Below, in pieces: positions 37,839 through 45,931 of a stretch of 61,118 nt of DNA. The DNA comes from a virus (Duplodnaviria; Caudoviricetes): positions 1 through 61,118 of the IMG/VR virus record IMGVR_UViG_3300045141_000235; one strand, given 5' to 3'. Each line of letters starts with the position of its first letter. Positions within the stretch are counted from its first letter, which is position 1. The notes below the pieces were generated by a model. The model was not told the origin of the DNA. It saw only the letters and a list, made by a program, of their open reading frames with translations, and did no database searches. A program made the translations under genes and the position numbers.

Positions 37839-38386
37839 TTGACCTAACAGATTTGATGCAGTTCGGAAATAAATATGGCCCTCTTGTAACTCCGCAAGAG
37901 TTTATTGAGCGAAGTATCGTCCGTGTGCCGTGGAGTGGGTGTTGGTTGTGGGAACGCGCACAGCAGAAACGTGGCTACGGAGTGGTCTGTATTAGAGGAA
38001 AGATTGAACTGGCCCATCGTTTTTCTTACATCGTTTATAAAGGGCCGATCAACGAGAATTTGAAGATACTACACCGTTGCGATGTGCCGCTTTGCGTAAA
38101 TCCAGATCATCTATTCGCTGGAACAGATAGAGATAATCTGGTGGATGCGTATTTAAAAGGCCGTAAGGGAAAGTTATCAACATCAGATATAAAGCAGATC
38201 AAGTTATTTCGGAAAAATGGACATTCTTTAAGAGCCTTGGCAAGACTCTTTGGAGTTACTTTTAAGGCAATTTCATATTGGGATAACCATGACAGAGAAG
38301 CCCGCTACGCCGCCGGCGAACTCCAGCTCGCGCATAAATTCAAGGAAGCTGACAAGGTGAGGAAGATGGCGAGAGGGGAGGAGTGA
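37835..38386 (+). CDS. HNH homing endonuclease with C-terminal HTH
   Basis: GCWLW...GYG...AHRFSY...LHRCDVPLCVNPDHLF.GT..DN. Confidence 0.9.
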   Translation: MIDLTDLMQFGNKYGPLVTPQEFIERSIVRVPWSGCWLWERAQQKRGYGVVCIRGKIELAHRFSYIVYKGPINENLKILHRCDVPLCVNPDHLFAGTDRDNLVDAYLKGRKGKLSTSDIKQIKLFRKNGHSLRALARLFGVTFKAISYWDNHDREARYAAGELQLAHKFKEADKVRKMARGEE

Positions 38387-38398
38387 TGAATTTCTCAT

Positions 38399-38492
38399 GC
38401 GACCGTGGCCAAACTGGTAAAGGCAGCGGACTTAAAATCCGAGAGCGGCTTAAAGGTGCCGTATGCAGGTTCGAGTCCTGCCGGTCGCACCA
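38399..38492 (+). tRNA. tRNA-Leu (TAA)
   Basis: Acceptor gcgaccg/cggtcgc, anticodon loop CT-TAA-AA, long variable arm, GGTTCGAGTCC T-arm, encoded CCA. Confidence 0.9.
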
Positions 38493-38507
38493 TTTACAGG
38501 AGGGGTG

Positions 38508-38960
38508 ATGTTGGTGTCTAAATTCAACCGGCAACTAACAACGTTCGTTGAGGAAAGCAATCGGATTGAAGGCATTTTAGACACGTCGTCTAACGATATT
38601 ACCGCGCATTGGAAACTGCTTCAACTGCCCGCATTAACGATTGCCGACATTGAGGAATTCGTGAAGTGGGTGCAGCCGGGCGCTGAGCTGCGTGGCCGGA
38701 TGGGACTCGACGTGCGGGTAGGCAACTACCGCCCGCCGCCGGGCAGCTTTGCAATCCGTAAAGCTCTGGACACGATGTTGGATGATATAGGCTCGTTCAC
38801 GCCGTATCAATTCCACCTAGAGTACGAAACTCTACACCCATTCACGGATGGCAACGGGCGCTCGGGCCGTGCCATTTGGCTATGGATGATGAAGGGGGAC
38901 GCGCCGCTGGGGTTTATGCACACTTGGTATTATCAGTCATTAGACGGTTACAGAAAATGA
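38508..38960 (+). CDS. Fic-domain protein
   Basis: Canonical HPFTDGNGRSGR motif; ESNRIEG N-terminal motif. Confidence 0.9.
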   Translation: MLVSKFNRQLTTFVEESNRIEGILDTSSNDITAHWKLLQLPALTIADIEEFVKWVQPGAELRGRMGLDVRVGNYRPPPGSFAIRKALDTMLDDIGSFTPYQFHLEYETLHPFTDGNGRSGRAIWLWMMKGDAPLGFMHTWYYQSLDGYRK

Positions 38961-39319
38961 AATACGCAGAATCAAAACAATGTCCGGTGTGTGGAATCAA
39001 ATTTAAGCCCGCTATCAAAAGGGGAAAAGCACAAGTATGTTGTTCCAGACTTTGTGACGGAAACACGCGCATTTGGGGCGTCGCTGGTGGTGTTGTTTCA
39101 AAGGGTGAAGACATTGGCGAAGGGAGAAGAATGAAATCAGGATGTGAAACCACCAAGTTAGTTCTCTCTCATGTGTGGAAAGCGGGATTGCTTGTCAGGC
39201 ACCCGGACTGGATCACTTGCGTTACGTGCGGGATCATCAAACGTGCTGACGGAAAGAATGGCCCATGCCGAGGAGCCGTGAAAGTGGTGATGCGAAAAGC
39301 GAAGGAGCGCCATGAGTGA
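38957..39319 (+). CDS. Cys-rich hypothetical protein
   Basis: CPVCG...CCSRLC...CVTCG; ATGA coupling. Confidence 0.45.
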   Translation: MKYAESKQCPVCGIKFKPAIKRGKAQVCCSRLCDGNTRIWGVAGGVVSKGEDIGEGRRMKSGCETTKLVLSHVWKAGLLVRHPDWITCVTCGIIKRADGKNGPCRGAVKVVMRKAKERHE

Positions 39320-39578
39320 CGACACGCCGAGAACATACGCAGCTACAGGAGATGTAATGGATGGTGCTGTTGTTGTATCAGCGGAATTTGCCCGACAGCT
39401 TGAGCGCGAACTCTCGCAGGTAAAAACGCGACTCGCTCAGGAGACGAATTTCAAATACAACGCTAACAGGCGGGCGGACTATGCCGAGGCTGAACTGGCG
39501 AAACTCAAGCGCGGCGAATTCATCTGCAAACGGTGCGGGCTTCGCAAGGACGCGGAATTTGAGAGGGGTAATTTCTAG
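39312..39578 (+). CDS. Hypothetical protein
   Basis: TPRT...V.AEFARQLEREL motif. Confidence 0.55.
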   Translation: MSDDTPRTYAATGDVMDGAVVVSAEFARQLERELSQVKTRLAQETNFKYNANRRADYAEAELAKLKRGEFICKRCGLRKDAEFERGNF

Positions 39579-39793
39579 TGAGTGACACGGATATTTCACG
39601 CTGCCCTGCCTGCGGCCAGCAGATGCGCGGAATAGATTGGGCTTATAAGGTGCTGGCTGAGAACGAGCGTTTGCGCGCGCGGCTGGCTGAAATCCTCGAA
39701 GTGTGGGCGGGCGCAATGCGTGATAGTGATTTGCGCAGAGATAGGTTAGCTGCCAATCTGATGTATGACCTCGCGGTCGAGGCGCTGAAATGA
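39578..39793 (+). CDS. Hypothetical protein
   Basis: Coupled ORF with CPACG. Confidence 0.5.
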   Translation: MSDTDISRCPACGQQMRGIDWAYKVLAENERLRARLAEILEVWAGAMRDSDLRRDRLAANLMYDLAVEALK

Positions 39794-40182
39794 GTTATGA
39801 GGATAAGGACATAAGGGCCGTTGAGGCTCTGGAGAAGATCAAGGCAATACTGCGCGAACACGATCTGTGGGCAGCCTTCGTCGTAGTGAGCGTCGAGCGT
39901 GTTCACTGGCTGTATCACTTCGAGCCGTCATGGTCTTGTCTGCACCTTAATCCAGAGACAGGCGAGGCGCGTATTAGGGCCATGCGGGCCGATTTCGCAA
40001 CGCCCGAGCAGCAGCATCGCGTTGTTGAGCTTACGACAGGGGCGATAGCGGCTACACGCGACTTCGGCGCACAGCAGTTCAAGGACGCCGAGAAGCTCTA
40101 CGAAGTGTTGGCGAAGCAGTTTGAAATCGAACACGAATATTCAGATCCTCAGTTCGCAAAGAAGAAATCGCATGCCGATTAA
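39790..40182 (+). CDS. Hypothetical protein
   Basis: Coupled ORF. Confidence 0.55.
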   Translation: MSYEDKDIRAVEALEKIKAILREHDLWAAFVVVSVERVHWLYHFEPSWSCLHLNPETGEARIRAMRADFATPEQQHRVVELTTGAIAATRDFGAQQFKDAEKLYEVLAKQFEIEHEYSDPQFAKKKSHAD

Positions 40183-40360
40183 ACCCAAGCAGCGCCGCCC
40201 CAAACTTGGCAATCTCAATCGCCTGATGGATCGGGTATTCGCGCTATACGGACTATCCGAGTCCGAGCAAAAGGCTGCGCGCACGGCGGCGTGGGCGGAC
40301 TACACGCGGGCGCGCAGGTGCTATCAGGCTATCGTGAATTCCTTGAGGATGCCATCGTGA
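40172..40360 (+). CDS. Hypothetical protein
   Basis: Coupled ORF MPIKPKQRR. Confidence 0.45.
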   Translation: MPIKPKQRRPKLGNLNRLMDRVFALYGLSESEQKAARTAAWADYTRARRCYQAIVNSLRMPS

Positions 40361-40845
40361 GCGCCATGCTGAGGTTGAAAGACGACGACGCGCTCGCACT
40401 ATTTCTGCGCTCGCGTCATGTGAAGGTGCATGAGACCGCGAGGCTCGTGCAACCGATGGGGCCGCGGGATGCGGGCGGCACACCGGTCAGGGTAGAAAAA
40501 CCCGTGAAGCTGCCTCCGCGCAGCGAGATAGAAGCGCTGATGTCGCAGCAGATATTGCTCGCGAACCTGCCAAGACCGATTGAGTGGCCGCAGCGCCATC
40601 GGCCGTTCTATCCGCAGCGAAAGTATGAGGTCGATTTCTGCTGGCCGGATCGAAAGCTGGTGTTGGAGATCGACGGCCACGTTCATCGCATCAAGAGAAG
40701 CTTCAAAGACTCGTTCGAGCGCTCCTGGTGGTTCCTGCGCGCCGGCTGGGTAGTGCTGCACGTTGGGGGCGAGCAGGTGAGGAGCGGGGAGGGGTGCGAG
40801 TGGTTGAGGGAACTGCTGATAAAATGTCCGCCCAAGGAGGCATAG
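40357..40845 (+). CDS. PD-(D/E)XK endonuclease, DUF559/Vsr-like (possible resolvase)
   Basis: YEVDFCWP..KLVLEIDG..H...GW.VLH. Confidence 0.8.
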   Translation: MSAMLRLKDDDALALFLRSRHVKVHETARLVQPMGPRDAGGTPVRVEKPVKLPPRSEIEALMSQQILLANLPRPIEWPQRHRPFYPQRKYEVDFCWPDRKLVLEIDGHVHRIKRSFKDSFERSWWFLRAGWVVLHVGGEQVRSGEGCEWLRELLIKCPPKEA

Positions 40846-40847
40846 CG

Positions 40848-41087
40848 ATGATGATTCTGATTCACAGCACTGATCGCGTCGTGACGTTCAAGAACAAGGC
40901 GGGCGCGGAGATATCGGGGCGGATATGGGAAGGTGAAACCGACAGCGGAATCTCAGTGGTGTGCGTGATTGCCAGGATCGCCGTGCCGAATGAGCAGGAC
41001 CAGACGCAATTCAGGAAAGAACTGGAGGAACACGAGGCGCCGACCGATCTTGCCGTAAAGGCGTTCCCCATCAGGATGATAATTTGA
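40848..41087 (+). CDS. Hypothetical protein
   Basis: RBS aaggagg; RIWEG.T.SGI.V motif. Confidence 0.55.
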   Translation: MMILIHSTDRVVTFKNKAGAEISGRIWEGETDSGISVVCVIARIAVPNEQDQTQFRKELEEHEAPTDLAVKAFPIRMII

Positions 41088-41270
41088 CGGACGAGGGCAA
41101 GATAGAGTAGCTTTCGCACCATACCCTGTAAACAGTCTCGTTTATTACCCCCAGCGGGCAATCGGGTTTTCGCCACCCGATTTTGATCCCGCTGGGGGCC
41201 AGCGAAAGGACGCTCCATTGAGATTTGTCCATCGTCTGCGACCTGGCCCGGCTCAAGCCGGGCTTTTTTT
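41084..41270 (+). ncRNA. Small structured RNA candidate (promoter to terminator)
   Basis: TTGACG-18-TAGCTT, long stem cccccagcggg/cccgctggggg with inner aatcgggt/acccgatt, then an intrinsic terminator. Confidence 0.5.
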
Positions 41271-41782
41271 CCGTGCCCGCAGTCAGGATCATTGAGGTAG
41301 TCGACGAGATTCAGGGAGGAATCCCGCCGGAGCACCAAGGCATTCACCAAAAACTCCAATCCTGGGGTCGGTGGTGCCATAAGCACAGGCACGCCGCGCA
41401 CTGCTATTCGCTGGAAGGCGCCTACCGCGCCCCCCGCGGCGCCGAGATAGAGTGGGAAACAGCAATCCCGCCACCTTCGCCTCAACCGCGCCCAGATGAT
41501 CTGGAAGGCCTGGCCGTCGAGCTAATCTGGCGGTTGATCCCCGATAGCCTGGGACATCGAACAGCCCTGAAACTCGTCTACGTTTGGGGATGCGATACCA
41601 AGTCCTGCTGCCGGCAATTGCACATCAAATATCACCTATGGCCGAAGCTTATATACCGCGCCCGCCAGATGGCTTTGAACCTTTTGTTGACGAATCAGCA
41701 GCCTAAGCAGATACTTCCGCTCACAATTCGGGAAAGTCTGCTACCACGAGATCGACTGCCGGGGGAGCAGTGCGTGCCCTGA
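41225..41782 (+). CDS. Antitermination protein Q-like (start uncertain)
   Basis: H..L..WGRW...C.S.EG.YR...AL...YV....CR.L; last early gene before the late promoter. Confidence 0.6.
   Translation: MSIVCDLARLKPGFFSVPAVRIIEVVDEIQGGIPPEHQGIHQKLQSWGRWCHKHRHAAHCYSLEGAYRAPRGAEIEWETAIPPPSPQPRPDDLEGLAVELIWRLIPDSLGHRTALKLVYVWGCDTKSCCRQLHIKYHLWPKLIYRARQMALNLLLTNQQPKQILPLTIRESLLPRDRLPGEQCVP
41246..41270 (+). terminator. Rho-independent terminator
   Basis: gcccggc-tcaa-gccgggc followed by T7. Confidence 0.8.
41687..41715 (+). promoter_or_regulatory. pR'-like late promoter
   Basis: TTGACG-17-GATACT at the end of the Q-like gene. Confidence 0.6.
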
Positions 41783-41799
41783 AGAAAGACGAGAACGAG

Positions 41800-41871
41800 C
41801 GCGCCGTGGGAAAGTAGCAATCCGCCTGGCTCATAACCAGGAGATCGTCTGTGCAATTCAGACCGGCGCAA
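41800..41871 (+). tRNA. tRNA-Met (CAT), initiator-like, atypical
   Basis: C1:A72 mismatch, gcgccg/cggcgc acceptor, cctgg-CTCATAA-ccagg anticodon arm; T-loop TGCAATT; followed by CCC rather than CCA. Confidence 0.75.
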
Positions 41872-41898
41872 CCCCTCTAAAAACCCGCAGGAGGCTCA

Positions 41899-42411
41899 AT
41901 GCCGACCCTTCAATACTACGAACGCTCGACAGGGGTACGCGTACACGCCACCGCCAACCTCGTAGGCAATGACATCACCTTGGGCGAGAACTGCCGCATT
42001 GATGGCAACGTCACGATTACCGGTAAAGTCGCAATCGGGCGCAATTGTCATATCGGAACGGGGGTGAGTATTTTGGGCGGGCATGGCGTGACGATTGGAG
42101 ACCATTGCGGCATAAGTCCTGGGGTTAAGATTTTCACCGGCACGATTGATCCTGATTGCGGGCTGCTTCTGCTACATGCCGAAAGTGAACTCGAATCCGA
42201 GGGAAGGGTGGGACCAGTGCAGATCGGAAATTACGTCACCATCGGCGCGAACTCGGTGGTGCTGCCAGGCGTGACAATAGAGGACCAGGTAATTGTCGGC
42301 GCTCTCTCACTCGTGAGGGGTGGTCACATTGGGGCCGGGTATATTTACGGCGGCAATCCGCTGCGGACCTTGGGCTTGAGGACGCCGTTGAAGTATCAGC
42401 AGACCGCGTAA
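41899..42411 (+). CDS. Hexapeptide-repeat acyltransferase (VioB-like sugar N-acyltransferase)
   Basis: Left-handed beta-helix repeats LGENCRID, IGRNCHIG, IGDHCGIS, IGANSVVLPGVTI, YGGNP. Confidence 0.8.
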   Translation: MPTLQYYERSTGVRVHATANLVGNDITLGENCRIDGNVTITGKVAIGRNCHIGTGVSILGGHGVTIGDHCGISPGVKIFTGTIDPDCGLLLLHAESELESEGRVGPVQIGNYVTIGANSVVLPGVTIEDQVIVGALSLVRGGHIGAGYIYGGNPLRTLGLRTPLKYQQTA

Positions 42412-42414
42412 GCA

Positions 42415-42642
42415 ATGCCGGAGACGCTGAAACAGGTGATGGGCGTCATTATGGCAAGCCCTAACGGGCGAGATGACTGGTTGCCGGTCAGGTACGAGGA
42501 CGTGCCAGATTTTGTGAAACACCCGGACTGCATGGCACGCCTGGTCGAGGGGGATATGGTGATGGGCCCCAAGCTGGGACCCAAAGGCTCGGCATGGTTC
42601 CGGCTTGAAACCATCAGGGGCGAGCAGGACCCCGTACATTGA
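42415..42642 (+). CDS. Hypothetical protein between the sugar-modifying genes
   Basis: 75-aa coupled ORF. Confidence 0.5.
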   Translation: MPETLKQVMGVIMASPNGRDDWLPVRYEDVPDFVKHPDCMARLVEGDMVMGPKLGPKGSAWFRLETIRGEQDPVH

Positions 42643-43670
42643 TTCGTTTATTGGTGCCCTTGATTCCGCCCATCGAGGCGGCAATCCCCTACTACCGGAA
42701 GTCCGAAGAAGCGCGCCATTACAGTAATTTCGGCCCCTGCGTACTCGAACTTGAGCGCCGCCTATCCGAGCACTTCGCCGGCGCCTACATCACCACGACG
42801 TCGAGCTGCACGAGCGGGCTGGAAATCGTCTACACGCTGGCCCATATCTCGGGCTACGAGAAGATTGAGCTGCCGGCCCTGACATACCCAGCCACCTGGA
42901 TGGCAGCCACACGCTCCGGGCTTGAGATATTGCCGATCGACGTCGATCCTGACACCTGGATTGCGCCGGGAGTAGCCGGGTTCGGGTTGCCGAGCTACGC
43001 GCCGATTGTGGACGCGGCCGGCGCGTTCGGTGAGCAGCGGGTGCCGATCATCACGGAGGGGATGACGGCGGTATTCAGCGCGCACTGTACCAAGCCATTG
43101 GGCGTTGGTGAGGCGGGCTGGATTGTTACGTGGGACCAGGGGGCGTCAGAAGAATACCGCGCGATGTCGCAGTTTGGCATCAACGGGCAGACCGGGTTCG
43201 GGCTTAATGCCAAGATGAGCGAGCTGCACGCTGCGATGGCGCTCGCGGCCCTGGACGCCTGGCCTGGGACGCGGGCGCGCTACCTGCAGCTCTTCGACTG
43301 GTACGACAAATACCTGCCGGCGGGCGTGACCCCGCAGAAGCGCCCGCGAGGGGTTTACCCGATTCTGGCGGTAAAGCTGCCACAGATGCCTGGCGGCGCG
43401 CTGGCGGCGGTCGCGGCAATGCGGGAGCGCGGCGTCGAGTGCCGGCAGTGGTATGTGCCAACATGCGACCGGCTGCCGCTATTCATCCCCAAACAACCCA
43501 AGGAAGGGGCGCTGGGAGGGCACAGGCGGGCGCAGGCGAAGCTGCCGCACCTGCCGGTCACTGAGGTCCTGGCGGAGAGCCTAATCGGCCTCCCCTGGCA
43601 TTTGTGGCTTTCTGAGTCTGACGTGAAGCAGGTATGCGAGGCGCTTGGCGCCGTGATCGAAGTTCGTTAA
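42639..43670 (+). CDS. DegT/DnrJ/EryC1/StrS PLP aminotransferase (VioA-like)
   Basis: YSNFGP...LE, SCTSGL, P.LTYPAT, DAAGAFG, FSAHCTKPLGVGE.G (PLP lysine), GLNAKMSELHAA. Confidence 0.9.
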   Translation: MIRLLVPLIPPIEAAIPYYRKSEEARHYSNFGPCVLELERRLSEHFAGAYITTTSSCTSGLEIVYTLAHISGYEKIELPALTYPATWMAATRSGLEILPIDVDPDTWIAPGVAGFGLPSYAPIVDAAGAFGEQRVPIITEGMTAVFSAHCTKPLGVGEAGWIVTWDQGASEEYRAMSQFGINGQTGFGLNAKMSELHAAMALAALDAWPGTRARYLQLFDWYDKYLPAGVTPQKRPRGVYPILAVKLPQMPGGALAAVAAMRERGVECRQWYVPTCDRLPLFIPKQPKEGALGGHRRAQAKLPHLPVTEVLAESLIGLPWHLWLSESDVKQVCEALGAVIEVR

Positions 43671-43712
43671 AGGGCCGCGGCGGAAGATCGCCCTCGCTCG
43701 GAAAGAAATCCC

Positions 43713-44288
43713 ATGAAGAAACGCCGCAAGCCCGCCAAAGGCGGATCAGCACGCGCTGTGAAGGCACGCGAGAATGCTTTCGCGCACGCATATCTGGCTA
43801 ATGGGAGAAATGGGACACAGGCTGCGATATCAGCCGGGTACAGCAAAAAGGGCGCCGATGTGACCGCAGTTCGGCTACTAAGGCGTGCTAGGGTTATGGC
43901 GATAGTTGACGCCGCCGCCGACAAAGCGGCCGAAGAATCGGGCCTGACGGTGGAGCGCACGCTGCGCGAAGTGGCAAGGATCGCGTATTCGAGCCCGAAG
44001 CGGTTTTACCGGAACCAGGTGCTACTGCCGATCGACCAGATGGACGACGAGGACGCCGCCTGCGTTGCCTCCTTCGAGGTAGATGACGACAAGGAAGGCA
44101 ATCTCACGAAGAAAATCAAGATTTGGGACAAGCCGGCGGCGTTGGGGCTGGCAGCTCGAATCCTGGGCATGTTCGAGAAGGACAATCGCCAGCAGCCGGC
44201 TGCGGTCGCGCTGCACCCGATTGGCAAGGTCACTTACCGCTTTAAGCCCTACCGCGGGCGGGAGCGCGCAACGTCGCAGAGCCGCTGA
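43713..44288 (+). CDS. terS: Terminase small subunit
   Basis: F...YL..NGTQAAISAGYS..A...RLL; L.E.ARIA.S; KIKIWDK..AL. Confidence 0.9.
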   Translation: MKKRRKPAKGGSARAVKARENAFAHAYLANGRNGTQAAISAGYSKKGADVTAVRLLRRARVMAIVDAAADKAAEESGLTVERTLREVARIAYSSPKRFYRNQVLLPIDQMDDEDAACVASFEVDDDKEGNLTKKIKIWDKPAALGLAARILGMFEKDNRQQPAAVALHPIGKVTYRFKPYRGRERATSQSR

Positions 44289-45874
44289 TGCCGGCGCCGA
44301 AGCAGGACCTTTACGCTGCCAGAGCGCGCTACGTGGCCGATCTGCTCGCGCATCTGAACCGCTGCACCATGAAGCAAGCGCTGGCCGAGTATGACCGACT
44401 GCCGCACGAATCGGCCTGTGATGATTGGGTGATCGCGGAACTCGGGCGCTCGGATTTGTTCTTCCTGATGCACCAGTTGTTGTGGCGCCCTGACATCGGG
44501 CATCCGTGGTTATATGCGCGGTGCCGGGAGCTTGAAGCTGACCCGTATGAGCATCTGGACCTATGGGCAAGATCGCATTATAAAAGCTCGTTGCTGACCT
44601 TCGCCTGCGGCATCCAGGACGTGCTGCGCGACCCCGAGCTTTGCACCGGCATCTTCTCGCACACCCGGCCCAAGGCAAAAGACTTCCTGCGCCAGATCAA
44701 GCAGGAGTTGGAGAACAACGAGGATCTGCAGGACCTCTACGCTGACGTGCTCTGGAAGGAGCCGAGGAAGACGGCGCCGATATGGAGTGAGGACCACGGC
44801 TTAGTCGTCAAGCGCAAGCAGAATCCGGCCGAGGCGAGCTTTGAGGCGTGGGGCTTGATCGACTCCATGCCCACGGGCAAGCACTTCGGCAAACTGGTTT
44901 ACGACGACATCGTAACCGAGCAGTCGGTAACGTCGCCGGAAATAATGAAGAAAACCACCGATCAGTTGGCGTTGTCGTTCAATCTTGGGCGCGAAGGCGC
45001 TGTTCGGCAGTTCATCGGCACGCGCTACCACATGAACGACAGCTACCGCACTCTGATCGACCGCAAGACGGTTAAGGTGCGGCTGCATCCATGCACAGCC
45101 AACGGCAAGCTGGAGAAGGGTGTGGACGGCGTGCTGATGGATTTCGAGACGCTCGCCAAGATGCGGCGCGACATGGGGCAATATATTTTCGAAGCGCAGA
45201 TGATGCTAAATCCGCGCGGCGACGAAACCCAGGGCTTCAAACGCGAATGGCTTCGCCACTACAAAAACGCGCAGTCGGGCCGCGGGATGAACGTCTACAT
45301 CCTGGTGGACCCGGCGAACTCGAAGCGAAAGAAGTCGGACTACACCGCGATCATGGTGGTTGGCCTGGGACCGGATTCGAACTACTACATCCTGGACATG
45401 GTTCGGGACCGGTTGAATCTCACGCAGCGCACTCAACGCCTGATGGAGCTGCATCGCAAGTGGCAGCCGCAGGATGACGGGGTTCGGTACGAGGAATACG
45501 GAATGCAGGCCGACATCCAGCACATCGAATCAGTGCAGGAGTCGGCCAACTACCGCTTCAAGATCACCCCCGTTGGGGGCGGTATGCACAAAGCCGATCG
45601 GATCAATCGCTTAATCCCGCTCTACGAGCAGGGGAAGGTCTGGATGATGGTCTCGCTCCACGTAACCAACGTGGAGGGCGAGGTGCGCGATCTCGTTCAC
45701 GACTTCATCGAGGACGAGTACATGGCCTGGCCGGTGCCGGTTCACGAAGATTTGTTGGACGCATTTGCCCAAATTACAGATTCGGAGCTGCCCTTGAGAT
45801 GGCCGGCGAAGAAGAAAGACTTCGGGAACATCATGCCCGCTTACGTTAGTCTCGATCCTGGCGTCGGGATGTAG
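44288..45874 (+). CDS. terL: Terminase large subunit
   Basis: ATPase motifs LWARSHYKS, TGKHF..YDD, IGTRYH; nuclease VDPA...SDYTA...HEDLLDA. Confidence 0.9.
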   Translation: MPAPKQDLYAARARYVADLLAHLNRCTMKQALAEYDRLPHESACDDWVIAELGRSDLFFLMHQLLWRPDIGHPWLYARCRELEADPYEHLDLWARSHYKSSLLTFACGIQDVLRDPELCTGIFSHTRPKAKDFLRQIKQELENNEDLQDLYADVLWKEPRKTAPIWSEDHGLVVKRKQNPAEASFEAWGLIDSMPTGKHFGKLVYDDIVTEQSVTSPEIMKKTTDQLALSFNLGREGAVRQFIGTRYHMNDSYRTLIDRKTVKVRLHPCTANGKLEKGVDGVLMDFETLAKMRRDMGQYIFEAQMMLNPRGDETQGFKREWLRHYKNAQSGRGMNVYILVDPANSKRKKSDYTAIMVVGLGPDSNYYILDMVRDRLNLTQRTQRLMELHRKWQPQDDGVRYEEYGMQADIQHIESVQESANYRFKITPVGGGMHKADRINRLIPLYEQGKVWMMVSLHVTNVEGEVRDLVHDFIEDEYMAWPVPVHEDLLDAFAQITDSELPLRWPAKKKDFGNIMPAYVSLDPGVGM

Positions 45875-45897
45875 TCACAACGCACTTAGGAGAAATC

Positions 45898-45931
45898 ATG
45901 GCAGACGCCGTAACCACCCAGACAATCTTCA
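45898..45931 (+). pseudogene. Orphaned 5' end (MADAVTTQTIF) of the gene at 47080; predicted TnpB guide region on the - strand
   Basis: Has RBS taggag; 27/34 nt identical to 47080..47113; abuts the TnpB right end. Confidence 0.8.
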
